This document shows, one piece after another, positions 9,142 through 19,193 of a stretch of 64,000 bases of DNA. Source of the stretch: an uncultured Spirochaetota bacterium (lineage in GTDB: Bacteria; Spirochaetota; Brevinematia; Brevinematales; JAOACQ01); the NCBI GenBank assembly GCA_963835575.1, contig CAWIGG010000004.1, positions 1 to 64,000 of the forward strand, given 5' to 3'. A program made the translations under genes and the position numbers. The notes under the pieces are model-generated. The model ran no database searches. It saw nothing but the letters and a program-made list of their open reading frames with translations, and was not told the DNA's origin. The number at the start of each line of letters is the position of its first letter. Position 1 is the stretch's first letter.

Positions 9142-10425
9142 CTATTTCCTCGCCAGCAGTGCGAGCATCTCCACATGATGCGTCTGCGGGAACATATCGA
9201 CGAGGATCAGTTCTTTAACGGTGTAAAGATTGCTGAGAGCCTTGATGTCCCTGGCCATTGTCGGCGGCCGGCATGAGGAATAGATGATCTTTCCCGGCAG
9301 CATTTTCCTGAGCGTTTCGATGGTGCTTTCATCCATTCCGCGCCGGGGCGGGTCGACAATCATCACATCGGCATAGCCGAGTTCCGGGAGCTTCTGCTCG
9401 ACCGTCGCGCAGATGAACTGTACATTAGTCTTGATTTGATTATTTTCCATGTTCTGTTTCGCGTCTTCCACGGCGCTTTTAGCGATCTCGATGCCGATTG
9501 TCTCTTTAGCGAAATAACTGACAAAGAGGGTAATGAGTCCGATGCCGCAGTAAAGGTCAAAAATCCGCTCGTGCCCGTCCGCGTCCAGAAAACCGGTGAT
9601 CTTCTCGAGCCAGAGAGGAATGACTGAGTTATTGACCTGGTAAAAGCTGTCCTTGGAGATCTTGAATTTAATTTCACGTCCGGCCGCGCGGACCGTCTCG
9701 TATACTTCCCTGTCCTGGTACTCGTCGGAAGCGATCCAGTTCACGACAGTATCAGCTTCCTCCGTTGTCCTGACCTTGAAATTATGGGGAGGGTAGACCG
9801 GGTTGGCCCTGACGCTCAAGAGGGCTTTATTGATGCCGGGCATGGCCAGCATGCACTCCTGTATATCGACAACTGACTTTGTGTCTTTACGGAAAAAGCC
9901 GATGAGCTTTCTTTTAGGGTTGACCTTGAAAGTCTCCGTATTGCGGTAATAAAAAGGCCTGGGGCTCATGATCACGCCTGTCAGGTCGTCTATCGTCATT
10001 TGACCGATGCGCCGGAATGCTTCCAGGACAAGCTGTTTTTTTACAGCAATCTGCTTTTCATAGGGAAGCATCTGGTAGTCGCAGCCGCCGCAGAGGCCGA
10101 AGTAAGGGCATAGGGCTTTTATCCGGTCCGGTGAGGCCTTGAGTATTTCCATGGGCTCGCCGACTGCATAGTCTTTTGTTTCCTTGTAAATATTGGCCTT
10201 TATCCGCTCGCCGGGAAGCGCGTAACGGACAAAAATCACTTTTCCCTCGTCGTATCCGATGGCGCTTCCCTCGCCCGCGAATTTCTCTATGCCGAGCTCC
10301 ACTTCTCTTTTTACCGGCTTGATTTTCCGCGGATTGAAGGAAGGAAGTTCTTCTTCATCATTCGGGTTTCCCAGGGCCCCGTTTTCAAGATTCTCGTCAG
10401 GATTTTTTTCTTCGTTTATCGGCAT
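9142..10425 (-). CDS. rlmD: 23S rRNA m5U1939 methyltransferase RlmD (TrmA/RumA family)
   Basis: TRAM domain, Fe-S motif CPYFGLCGGC, SFYQVN, DLYCGIG, VDPPRRG, YSSC, DMFPQTHHVE. Confidence 0.93.
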   Translation of the reverse strand: MPINEEKNPDENLENGALGNPNDEEELPSFNPRKIKPVKREVELGIEKFAGEGSAIGYDEGKVIFVRYALPGERIKANIYKETKDYAVGEPMEILKASPDRIKALCPYFGLCGGCDYQMLPYEKQIAVKKQLVLEAFRRIGQMTIDDLTGVIMSPRPFYYRNTETFKVNPKRKLIGFFRKDTKSVVDIQECMLAMPGINKALLSVRANPVYPPHNFKVRTTEEADTVVNWIASDEYQDREVYETVRAAGREIKFKISKDSFYQVNNSVIPLWLEKITGFLDADGHERIFDLYCGIGLITLFVSYFAKETIGIEIAKSAVEDAKQNMENNQIKTNVQFICATVEQKLPELGYADVMIVDPPRRGMDESTIETLRKMLPGKIIYSSCRPPTMARDIKALSNLYTVKELILVDMFPQTHHVEMLALLARK

Positions 10426-11665
10426 TTTTATTTTTTCCTCTCTTTTTTTCTTTTCTGCCGCGCGGTGTTATTTTAATCTGCTTTACGCGGACATCCGTGG
10501 CTGACATAACCTCAAAAGTGTACCGTCCTTCCTCAAAGCTGTCGCCCGCCGACGGTATTTTCTCAAGCTCGTACAGGACAAAACCGGCCGCGGTCTCAAA
10601 ATCCCTTTTTTTGATTTTTAAGCCGAGTTCCTCGTTCAGTTCGTCTATATTTACCATTCCATTGATTATGTAGGAATCGTCTTCTTTTTTAATCCATTCG
10701 TCCTTCATCTCCACAAACTCGCCGATGATTTCCGTAATGATATCCTGGTTGGCGATGACGCCGGCCACGCCGCCGTACTCATCAACAGTGAAAGCCATCT
10801 GGGCCTTTGTGTTCTGCATCTTCACCAGTACATTATTTATCGGGGCGCTGTCCGGTACAAAGATGCCCTTTTTGACATATTTACCGACTTTGTCATGCTT
10901 ATTCGCGGACAATAAATCCTTGTTTTCGATATAGCCCAGCATATTGTCCACCCGCATGCGGAAAACCGGAAGCCTGGTATGGCCTGTGGAAAGCATCAGG
11001 GCGGTGGCAATTTCCACCGTATCGTTTTCCTCCACGCATGTCATGCGGACCAGGGGGACCATGATCTCCTTCGCTTTAATGTTCCTGAATTTCATAATAC
11101 TTTCTATGATCTCTTTTTCGCTCTGCTTGAGTATCCCTTTCTCGGCGGTCATATCCAGGAGGATGTTGAACTCGTCCTTGGAAAACATGCTTTTCTTTTT
11201 CCTGAGGCCGAAGAGCGAGAGCAGGATTTTAATAGTCCGGACAAACAGGATCTGAACGGGATAAAGGATGATGTAAAATAACAGATAAAAATAGGCCAGG
11301 GGAAACATCATTTCGTCGGCGTATTCCCTGCAGATCATCTGGGGCAGGAGGGTCGCGATAAGAGCGATAAAAGGCGTCAGTATCAACGTCGAGTAAAGCG
11401 GGATAAGAGGGGATTGGCCTATGGTCTTTATCAGAAAATCGGTGAATAAAAGAACAACAGCCACATCGCAGACATTGACGGCGATCAGAAAAGTGCCGAT
11501 GACGTTCTCGGAATGCCTGAGAAGAAGCGCCAGGACTTTCGCGCTGCCTTTTCCTTCTTCCAGGCGCGAATGCAGTTTAATCCTGTTGACGGAAATGAAC
11601 GCCATTTCGCTTCCGTTAAAAAAGGCGGATAATAATAAAAACAAGGATGCGGTTAAAAGTTCCAT
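10397..11665 (-). CDS. CNNM/CorC hemolysin-family protein (DUF21 + CBS pair + CorC_HlyC)
   Basis: LSAFFNGSEMAF, EIMVP, HTRLPV, VDEYGGVAG, ETAAGFV. Confidence 0.92.
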   Translation of the reverse strand: MELLTASLFLLLSAFFNGSEMAFISVNRIKLHSRLEEGKGSAKVLALLLRHSENVIGTFLIAVNVCDVAVVLLFTDFLIKTIGQSPLIPLYSTLILTPFIALIATLLPQMICREYADEMMFPLAYFYLLFYIILYPVQILFVRTIKILLSLFGLRKKKSMFSKDEFNILLDMTAEKGILKQSEKEIIESIMKFRNIKAKEIMVPLVRMTCVEENDTVEIATALMLSTGHTRLPVFRMRVDNMLGYIENKDLLSANKHDKVGKYVKKGIFVPDSAPINNVLVKMQNTKAQMAFTVDEYGGVAGVIANQDIITEIIGEFVEMKDEWIKKEDDSYIINGMVNIDELNEELGLKIKKRDFETAAGFVLYELEKIPSAGDSFEEGRYTFEVMSATDVRVKQIKITPRGRKEKKRGKNKNADKRRKKS

Positions 11666-12897
11666 TATTTTCTCTCCACCACAAACAACTCAATCTGTTT
11701 ATCGCTCTTTTCTCTCACGCTGATAGCATAGTTTTCAATATCCAGGCTGAAATTCACATCAGGAATATCGCCGGCGCTTTCAATAAAAAAACCGGCCAGG
11801 GTTTCATAATCGCGGCTTTTTAGCTCCGTTTCAAAATAGGTATTAAAATCATCCAGGCCCAGTTCTCCGCTGACAAGATAGCGGTCCTTGGAAAGACGGA
11901 TTATTTTTTTATCCACGGTAAAGCTCTCATCCATCAACTCCCCGACTATTTCTCCCAGTACGTCCGCGATAGTGACGATCCCCATGGCGCTCCCGTATTC
12001 ATCGACGACGGCGGCAACGCGGATCTTTTTCTTTTTAAAATCGTCCAGCATCTCGGAAAGCCTTTTTGTTTCCGGTACAAAATACATGGCCCCCATAATA
12101 TCCGCCGCTTTCTTTCCCTCGGCTTTTTCCGGATTGAGGACATACTGAAAGATATCCTTGAGGTAAATCACGCCGGTCAGGTTATCGTCAGTCTTTTCAT
12201 AAACCGGGATCTTCGAGACTTTCATCCTTTTAGCCAGGCGGATTACTTCTTTTATAGGGGTATTTTTATCAACGGAAAAAACCTTTGTCCTCGGCGTCAT
12301 GATATTCCAGACTTCGCGCTCCGTGAAATGAATGATATTCTCGATCAGCCTCTTTTCGTCCTTATCGAAGATATCCTCGCGCGAGACTATGCTGAGAATT
12401 GCCGATAATCTTTCTTTGTCCAGTTCGCCGGCCTCTTTCTTATGGATTTTTTTGAGAAAATCCATAAGAGTATCGGTGAACCCGGCGATGAAGCGCGAAA
12501 CCGGGCTGATAAAAATAAAAACGGGATAGAGAAGCCTTGAATTAAAGCGCGCTAAAGATTCACCCCGCATGACTGCGATTGTCTTGGGGGTTATTTCTCC
12601 GAAAAAGAGGATGATAAGCGTTACCGCCAGTGTCGAATAGATAATATTCTCAAAGCCCAGCTGTTTTTCGAGCAGCGCCGCTACAGCCGTATTGACTATG
12701 GTATTGACGGCCAGCAGTGTAATCATTAGAAGCGAAGTGTTCTGAAGAAGTATTTTTATCCGCCTGATGTCTTTTTTGTGAGGCATCCTCTTCAGCTTCA
12801 TTTCATCAAGCGTAAAAAGGGAGGTTTCGGAAGAAGCGAAAAAAGCGGATAATAACAGCAGGATTATAATCAATGTTAAATTCAGCCAATTGTCCAT
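11665..12897 (-). CDS. CNNM/CorC hemolysin-family protein (DUF21 + CBS pair)
   Basis: SAFFASSETSLF, GEITPKTIA, IMTPR, VVDEYG, ETLAGF. Confidence 0.93.
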   Translation of the reverse strand: MDNWLNLTLIIILLLLSAFFASSETSLFTLDEMKLKRMPHKKDIRRIKILLQNTSLLMITLLAVNTIVNTAVAALLEKQLGFENIIYSTLAVTLIILFFGEITPKTIAVMRGESLARFNSRLLYPVFIFISPVSRFIAGFTDTLMDFLKKIHKKEAGELDKERLSAILSIVSREDIFDKDEKRLIENIIHFTEREVWNIMTPRTKVFSVDKNTPIKEVIRLAKRMKVSKIPVYEKTDDNLTGVIYLKDIFQYVLNPEKAEGKKAADIMGAMYFVPETKRLSEMLDDFKKKKIRVAAVVDEYGSAMGIVTIADVLGEIVGELMDESFTVDKKIIRLSKDRYLVSGELGLDDFNTYFETELKSRDYETLAGFFIESAGDIPDVNFSLDIENYAISVREKSDKQIELFVVERK

Positions 12898-13074
12898 GGA
12901 GTAAACCCTGACCTCCTTAAATGATCAAGTTTATAAATATTTCTGACCGTAAGTCGATAATGTACCGGTTCATACAATCCCGCACCGTTTTGACAGGATG
13001 TTCTTATGATCAGACTAAATGGCGTGGGGGATGCGTCATTTACATTATCCAAATAGTATTTTATATACGCATAA

Positions 13075-14172
13075 TTAAACAGCCGTCCTCTTGATCAGGT
13101 CGGAAATAGTCAGCTGCTGCTCATCCGTCAAGTAGGGATGCATGGGAAGGCTGAAAATTTCGTTCGCGGTTTTTTCGGAAACCGGGAAATCGCCTTTTTT
13201 ATAACCCAGGTAGAGATACGCTTCCTGAAGGTGGATGGGGATGGGGTAATGGATGGCCGTCGGTATTCCATTCTTTTTCAGGTACTCAATCACCTCGGCC
13301 CTGTTTTTTACGCGGATGGAATATTGGGCGAAAACATGCCTGTCCGTATAGCTTTCAATATGGGGAGTGACAACATTAACGCATGTCAATAACTCATTGT
13401 ATTTCTGACCCAGTTCAAACCGCTTCATGGCTTCCTTTTCGAAATGACCGAACTTCGCGAGAAGGACCCCGGCCTGGATCGAATCCAGACGGAAATTGAA
13501 CCCGATGTATTTATGCATATAGCGCTCGCCCTGGCCATGGTTGGCGATAGATCTCATCTTTTCAGCCATTCCATCATCGTTTGTAAAAACCATTCCGCCG
13601 TCGCCGTAACAGCCGAGCGGCTTGGATGGATAGAATGACGTCGCTCCGATATCGGAGAGGGAACAGGACTTCCTTCCTTTATAAACAGCGCCGAATGATT
13701 GCGCCGAGTCTTCTATGACAAAAAGGCCGTGTTTTTTCGCTATGCGGTTTATTTCGTCCATATCGGAGGTCTGGCCGTACAGGGACACCGCTATGATGCC
13801 TTTGGTCCTTTCAGTAATTTTACTTTCAATTTGTGAAACATCTATATTATAATTTTTCTCATTAATATCCGCGAATACCGGCTTCGCGCCGATAAAACTA
13901 GCCACTTCCGCCGTTGCGATGAACGTAAACGGCGTTGTGATGATCTCATCCCCCGGTTTTATTCCATAGGCCAGGAGAGGGATCAGAAGGGCGTCTGTCC
14001 CCGAGGCGCAGCCGATGGCGTGTTTTACTCCGGTGTATCCGGCAAGCTTTTCTTCCAGTTCTTTAACATCACGACCCAGAATAAAGCTGGTGTTTAAAAT
14101 ATTGTCCCTGATTTTCCGGTCGATCTCTTCCCTGTATTCCATATACTGGCTTTTTAAATCAATAAAATCCAT
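13075..14172 (-). CDS. DegT/DnrJ/EryC1/StrS PLP-dependent sugar aminotransferase (WbpE-like)
   Basis: ASGTDAL, TPFTFIATAE, IEDSAQSFGA, SFYPSKPLGCYGDGG, NFRLD. Confidence 0.95.
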   Translation of the reverse strand: MDFIDLKSQYMEYREEIDRKIRDNILNTSFILGRDVKELEEKLAGYTGVKHAIGCASGTDALLIPLLAYGIKPGDEIITTPFTFIATAEVASFIGAKPVFADINEKNYNIDVSQIESKITERTKGIIAVSLYGQTSDMDEINRIAKKHGLFVIEDSAQSFGAVYKGRKSCSLSDIGATSFYPSKPLGCYGDGGMVFTNDDGMAEKMRSIANHGQGERYMHKYIGFNFRLDSIQAGVLLAKFGHFEKEAMKRFELGQKYNELLTCVNVVTPHIESYTDRHVFAQYSIRVKNRAEVIEYLKKNGIPTAIHYPIPIHLQEAYLYLGYKKGDFPVSEKTANEIFSLPMHPYLTDEQQLTISDLIKRTAV

Positions 14173-14290
14173 ATAAACCTCTTTTTTATTTACTTTTCCG
14201 GTATGACAGCGGTCCTGCTCAAAATGTTCTTATATTAATCATTATATAATATAACACCATCTTTGACAAACAATAATCTCTGATGAATCA

Positions 14291-16240
14291 TTAACGATTT
14301 TCGATCTTAACGGCAGGTTTACGGATATCGCCTTCCAGCTGGATTTTGAATATGAGCCTGCCGCCTTCCTCAAAACCGGAGGTATAAATCTGTGTCACAT
14401 TGGGAAGTTCGGAAAGGTAGCTTTTCGAAAAGGAGATTTCCGACCGCACGTTAATGTTTTTATCCTGTAAAGAGAACTCCCCTTCCGCCTGCGCCTTGAT
14501 ATCGGAACTGTCAAACTGGACACGGCTGAATTTTAATTTTAAATTCTCCAGACTGCCTTTCAAATATATTTTATCAAAAAATATATCATTCAGCGGGATA
14601 TCAAAAAGAGTCTGCGCGATCTCTTCCTGAAGAAAGAAATCCTTGATCTCGCCGTTAACTATTTCTGCCTCAAAATCGACTATTGATGAATTAAAATCGG
14701 TTAATGGAATAGTGAAATCCAGATTCCCTGATAACGGGCCGTAAAGTCTCTTTCCCTCCTCGAGAAACAGGGCCGAAAATTCCTTTAACCGGCAATCCTT
14801 GATGACAATATTCCCGCCCAGAATATTTTGAGATATATTCCCTTTTCCGCTGATTTTTCCTCTTAAAAAATCCGCCTGCGCTTCCTTGAAAGCGATTGAA
14901 TTTTCCAGGGCGGTGCCGGCAATATGAAGACCTGTAAATTCAAATTTCCGATAGGTTAATTTTTTTGCGTAGAGCTCAAAATCGGCCGGATAGATCTTAA
15001 AAATGCCCGGCTGGGGACCGGGGTTTTCTTCTTTTACCGGCGGGATATTACTTAAAAGAGATGCGAGATCTAATTCCTCGCTGTCCAGGCGGATAGTGAT
15101 CCCCTGTGTAAAAATATCCGCGCAGTCTAACTCTGCATGAGCTGTTCCGCCCGGTGTCTTTAAATTAAATTCCGATTCCAGCTTATTTTGGTCCAGGGTA
15201 ACCGGCCCGTCGGAAACTCTCAGCCATTGATATTGAAAATTGGATAATGCCAGCGTGCCGCTCAGGAAAACGTTGTTGCTGACAGTTAAAGCAAAATCGC
15301 CGGATAAAAAGCCGGAAGCGTCTTTTAAATATTCTCCGACAGGCATACAGGCGTTTGTCGCCTGGATCAGGAGCCTTTGCGAGGGAATTGAATAGATCAG
15401 ATTGGTTATAATCGCAGTACCCCGGCCGACTTTAACGGGCGCGTTCTGAATCATGATATCCCGGGATTTCCAATCATAATCGCCGGTAAAGGGACCGGTT
15501 GTCGTAAAAACAAAATTCTCATAAAAGATCTTTGAATCGTTAATGGAAAAATGAAAACGGTTTCCAATATCCCTCGTCATGGTTCCATTGAAAAGATCAA
15601 CCCTGAAGGATGTATCAGCGTTAAAAAGTTCGCCGATCCGGGCATCTTTTACGGAAATATTGCCTTTGTTAATTGTTCCGGTGTAGCTGATGCTTCCGCT
15701 TCTTGAACGGAGGTCCAGCTCAATCGGCATCTCATCCGGTATTTTATCAGTCGAAATTTTTATATCGGATTTAAAAGGGATTTTATTATAAAAAAGCGTG
15801 GAATCGGAAATCTCAAGCCTGTGAATGATAAATTCAATCGTATTTGACGGCGATTGCGGGATTTTCTGCAGGCGGCTGATCAGGTTTGTTATGTTTTCAA
15901 ATGAGGTTTCCAGTCCGGCTACCGATATTCTTAAAATCTCTATTTTTTTGAAAAAGAGAGCGAGAGGGTTATAAACAATACTGCCTTCCCTGAAGGATAT
16001 CAGGATTTCATTACTTTGCGAAGAAGCGTCAATGATCTGAATATCTTTTATCTCTATGCCTTTGAGAAGATTAAAACCCGCCTCGCGGACTTTCAAATCC
16101 AGCGCGTAAGATTCACGTGTCTGTTTTGATAAAATTTCAACGATTTTTTGGGGATTGGAAGTATAAAACCAGATGAGCGCTGCGACAAAGATAACTAGAA
16201 AGAAAAATGAGATGATCAGAATCCATTTTACGATTTTCAT
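14291..16240 (-). CDS. AsmA-like envelope protein
   Basis: N-terminal TM anchor followed by a long beta-rich repeat structure; the C-terminus resembles AsmA (F.I.LEGDIRKP). Confidence 0.65.
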   Translation of the reverse strand: MKIVKWILIISFFFLVIFVAALIWFYTSNPQKIVEILSKQTRESYALDLKVREAGFNLLKGIEIKDIQIIDASSQSNEILISFREGSIVYNPLALFFKKIEILRISVAGLETSFENITNLISRLQKIPQSPSNTIEFIIHRLEISDSTLFYNKIPFKSDIKISTDKIPDEMPIELDLRSRSGSISYTGTINKGNISVKDARIGELFNADTSFRVDLFNGTMTRDIGNRFHFSINDSKIFYENFVFTTTGPFTGDYDWKSRDIMIQNAPVKVGRGTAIITNLIYSIPSQRLLIQATNACMPVGEYLKDASGFLSGDFALTVSNNVFLSGTLALSNFQYQWLRVSDGPVTLDQNKLESEFNLKTPGGTAHAELDCADIFTQGITIRLDSEELDLASLLSNIPPVKEENPGPQPGIFKIYPADFELYAKKLTYRKFEFTGLHIAGTALENSIAFKEAQADFLRGKISGKGNISQNILGGNIVIKDCRLKEFSALFLEEGKRLYGPLSGNLDFTIPLTDFNSSIVDFEAEIVNGEIKDFFLQEEIAQTLFDIPLNDIFFDKIYLKGSLENLKLKFSRVQFDSSDIKAQAEGEFSLQDKNINVRSEISFSKSYLSELPNVTQIYTSGFEEGGRLIFKIQLEGDIRKPAVKIENR

Positions 16241-16257
16241 TTAAAGCCCTGATATTC

Positions 16258-16443
16258 TCAAGCGTCTTTCATATAGCGGCGGGCGTTAAACTGGAACCAG
16301 GCGTCATAATACCTTGAAATCCATTCCTTAGAAGCCCTGCTTAAGCCGATATCTCTCCCTTCTTTTTCACTCTCCAGCCACTTGTACTCCATGATTTCAT
16401 GAATAACGTCTTTTACTTCTTCTCTCAGATCAAAATACTTCAT
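16258..16443 (-). CDS. Small DUF4032-like protein
   Basis: EIMEYKWLESEKEGRDIGLSRASKEW resembles the DUF4032 motif; GGAGG upstream of ATG 16443. Confidence 0.6.
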   Translation of the reverse strand: MKYFDLREEVKDVIHEIMEYKWLESEKEGRDIGLSRASKEWISRYYDAWFQFNARRYMKDA

Positions 16444-16555
16444 GTATAAAATAGTTACCTCCCTCCTGTTGTAATGGGTTAAAAATTCCATCTATTGTAG
16501 CACAAATCCGGATAAAATCAAGGTTTTTAATACAAATTATGTTGTGCTGAAATCT

Positions 16556-16598
16556 ACAACTGCTGCGCAAGCAAAGCTTGCTGAACGCGGTTGCGTCT
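16556..16598. repeat. 43-bp intergenic hairpin repeat, copy 1
   Basis: acaactgctgcgcaagcaaagcttgctgaacgcggttgcgtct; 31/43 identical to 29090-29132 with compensatory changes. Confidence 0.75.
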
Positions 16599-16659
16599 AT
16601 TTTAATATTAAGAACTATGTTAAAGGAAATAACCAAAAACATTCGTTTTTGGTTATTTC

Positions 16660-17415
16660 TTATATAAATTTCACAATCCGGGCGAATGAATCTGTTTTCA
16701 GGCTGGCGCCGCCGACCAGCGCGCCGTCAATATTCTCCTTGGCCATGAGCGAGTCGATATTTTCCGGCTTGACCGAGCCGCCGTACTGGATCCTCATCCT
16801 CTGCGGCAGGTCATTGTCATAAATGCCTGTCAGAACTTTTCTGATAAAGGCATGAACATTGTCCGCGTCTTCGGGAGTGGCGGTTTTCCCGGTCCCTATC
16901 GCCCAGACAGGCTCGTAAGCGATAGTCACTTTAAGGGCGTCTTCTTTTGTTAATCCTTTCAGGCCTTCAACCGTCTGAGTTTTCACAACATTCTCCGTAT
17001 TTCCGGCTTCCCTTTCTTCCAGAAGCTCGCCGACACAGAGAATGGGCGACAGTCCGTTCTGAAGCGCTGAGATGACTTTTTTATTGATCAGAGCGTCCTT
17101 TTCGCCGAAGATATGCCTTCTTTCCGAATGCCCGAGGACAACATACTGCGCTCCCGCGTCGAGAAGCTGGACCGGCGAAACTTCGCCGGTAAAGGCGCCT
17201 TCTTTTTCAAAATACATGTTCTGCGCGCCGATTTTCACATTGCTTTCTTTTAATTCCTGAGCGAGCGGCTGGATGATTGTAAAAGGGACGCAGAGAAGGA
17301 TGTCCCTGTCTTTGACATCTTTAACAATTTCTTTAAACTCTTTAGCGAACTTTAAAGCGTCCGGAATGGTTTTATACATTTTCCAGTTTCCGGCCAAAAA
17401 CGGTTTTCGAGACAT
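16660..17415 (-). CDS. tpiA: Triosephosphate isomerase
   Basis: AGNWKM, GHSERR, AYEPVWAIGTG, YGGSVKP, LVGGASL. Confidence 0.99.
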   Translation of the reverse strand: MSRKPFLAGNWKMYKTIPDALKFAKEFKEIVKDVKDRDILLCVPFTIIQPLAQELKESNVKIGAQNMYFEKEGAFTGEVSPVQLLDAGAQYVVLGHSERRHIFGEKDALINKKVISALQNGLSPILCVGELLEEREAGNTENVVKTQTVEGLKGLTKEDALKVTIAYEPVWAIGTGKTATPEDADNVHAFIRKVLTGIYDNDLPQRMRIQYGGSVKPENIDSLMAKENIDGALVGGASLKTDSFARIVKFI

Positions 17416-17449
17416 GATTATCTCCTTGATTTATTATGATTTTGTTTCA

Positions 17450-17477
17450 GTAGAGACGTACGGCCGTACGTCTCTAC
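17450..17477. repeat. GTAG-type REP palindrome
   Basis: Perfect 28-bp palindrome GTAGAGACGTACGGCCGTACGTCTCTAC between pgk and tpiA. Confidence 0.85.
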
Positions 17478-17489
17478 AACATGTTAATT

Positions 17490-18758
17490 TTATTTATCCA
17501 TCAATGCGGCCACGCCGGGAAGGATTTTGCCTTCCACCAGTTCCAGGGAAGCGCCGCCTCCGGTTGAAATATGGGACATCTTACCGGCGACGCCGGCTTT
17601 ATTCACGGCGGAAACGGAATCCCCTCCGCCTATAACTGTAATACAATCAGGCAGTGTTGCGAGAGTTTCCGCGATAGCCATTGTGCCTGAGGCAAATTTG
17701 GGAAATTCAAAAACGCCGAGCGGCCCGTTCCAGAAGACTGTTTTCGAACCCTTTAAAGCGCCCTGGAATTTCTCAATGGTCAAAGGTCCTATGTCCATGC
17801 CCATCCAGCCATCGTCGATATTTCCGCGCGCGACATGCTTTGATTCAGCGTCCTGTGAAAATTCCTTTGTCACGATATGGTCAATCGGCAGATAAATATA
17901 AATATGCGTTTCATACGCTTTCTGAAGAATATTTCTGGCTTTTTCAATCATATCGTCTTCGACAAGCGAAGTCCCGATGGATAAACCTTTCGCTTTGAGA
18001 AAAGTATAGGCCATTCCTCCGCCGACGATCAGCTTGTCGACTTTGCTCAGCAGGCTTTCAAGAACACTGATCTTTGAGGAGACCTTGGCGCCGCCGATGA
18101 TCGCGGTAAAAGGCCTTGCGGGATTTTTAACCACTTTTTCATCGAGATATTCAAGCTCTTTTTCCATCAAAAAACCGGCGACGGCGGGAAGAAAATGAGC
18201 GATGGTCTCTGTTGATGCATGCGGCCTGTGCGCGGTGCCGAATGCGTCATTGACAAAAATATCCCCGTAGCCGGCGAGCTCCTTCGCCATCTTTTCCCTG
18301 TCCGAAGCCACTTTGGAAGTTTCTTCTTTATGAAAACGGGTATTTTCGAGCATCAGGACTTCGCCGTCCTTAAGCGAATCCACCATCTTTTTTGTTTCGG
18401 CGCCGAGGGCGTCGGGGGCAAACTTCACCTCTCTGCCGAGAAGTTCGGCGAAATGCTCGGCGACTGGTTTCATCATATGCTTTCCGGCCATATATTTCTG
18501 TTCGTCAAAAGGCTTGCCTTCCTTCGCGGCTTTTTCCTTCGCCTTTTCCATATCCTTTTTCGGATCGCCCAGGTGCGACATGAGAACAAGGCTTTTCGCT
18601 TTCTGTTCTAAAACATATTTTATGGTAGGCAATGCCGCCTTGATGCGTGTATCATCCTGCACAACCCCGTCTTTCATAGGAACGTTGAAATCCACACGCA
18701 TGATGATGCGTTTGCCTTTTAAATCAATATCTTTTACGGTCTTTTTTGAAATGCTCAT
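17490..18758 (-). CDS. pgk: Phosphoglycerate kinase
   Basis: RVDFNVP, SHLG, LENTRF, NDAFGTAHR, GGAKVSSK, WNGPLGVFE, STGGGASLE. Confidence 0.99.
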   Translation of the reverse strand: MSISKKTVKDIDLKGKRIIMRVDFNVPMKDGVVQDDTRIKAALPTIKYVLEQKAKSLVLMSHLGDPKKDMEKAKEKAAKEGKPFDEQKYMAGKHMMKPVAEHFAELLGREVKFAPDALGAETKKMVDSLKDGEVLMLENTRFHKEETSKVASDREKMAKELAGYGDIFVNDAFGTAHRPHASTETIAHFLPAVAGFLMEKELEYLDEKVVKNPARPFTAIIGGAKVSSKISVLESLLSKVDKLIVGGGMAYTFLKAKGLSIGTSLVEDDMIEKARNILQKAYETHIYIYLPIDHIVTKEFSQDAESKHVARGNIDDGWMGMDIGPLTIEKFQGALKGSKTVFWNGPLGVFEFPKFASGTMAIAETLATLPDCITVIGGGDSVSAVNKAGVAGKMSHISTGGGASLELVEGKILPGVAALMDK

Positions 18759-18789
18759 ATAAGCCTCCTCTTGAAACCTGAGTTTAATT

Positions 18790-19164
18790 TTATGATATTT
18801 CTTTTACAAATTCTTCCCAATCCTTTTTAGCGACGTAAAAAGTTGAAACGCTGAGCAGTCTTTTTCTCTTTCCATTTATGACAAAATAGACTTTTTTATT
18901 CTCATAGCTGATCGCATCGTAATAAATGATCCTTGTGTTTGATCCGATTAGGGCTTTAAAAGCGATTGTTTTTGAGGCTTTATCAAAAATAAAAACTGTT
19001 CCGTTCAGGAAAAAGAACCCCATGACAAGTACAAGTAAAGGCGCAATGAGATTTAAATAGGAGGATCTTGATAATGCCATGTTCAGGTACAGGGTCGCTG
19101 AAAAAAGGATAAAACCTAAAACAATAAACGCCATGCCCCATCCCTTTCTGTAATGTGCGGTCAT
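18790..19164 (-). CDS. Hypothetical membrane protein (two TM helices)
   Basis: Own AGGAG RBS; two hydrophobic segments followed by a short soluble domain. Confidence 0.7.
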   Translation of the reverse strand: MTAHYRKGWGMAFIVLGFILFSATLYLNMALSRSSYLNLIAPLLVLVMGFFFLNGTVFIFDKASKTIAFKALIGSNTRIIYYDAISYENKKVYFVINGKRKRLLSVSTFYVAKKDWEEFVKEIS

Positions 19165-19193
19165 TGATTATCTCCTGCTATTATTATAATATG

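Noticed and set aside
12898..13050. Definite 6S RNA or known riboswitch call
   Set aside because: Only loose resemblance, with no diagnostic consensus confirmed by eye; kept as a candidate finding only.
16541..16598. Integron attC site (GTTGTGC next to the hairpin)
   Set aside because: There is no matching pair of core sites bracketing the hairpin, no cassette array and no integrase.
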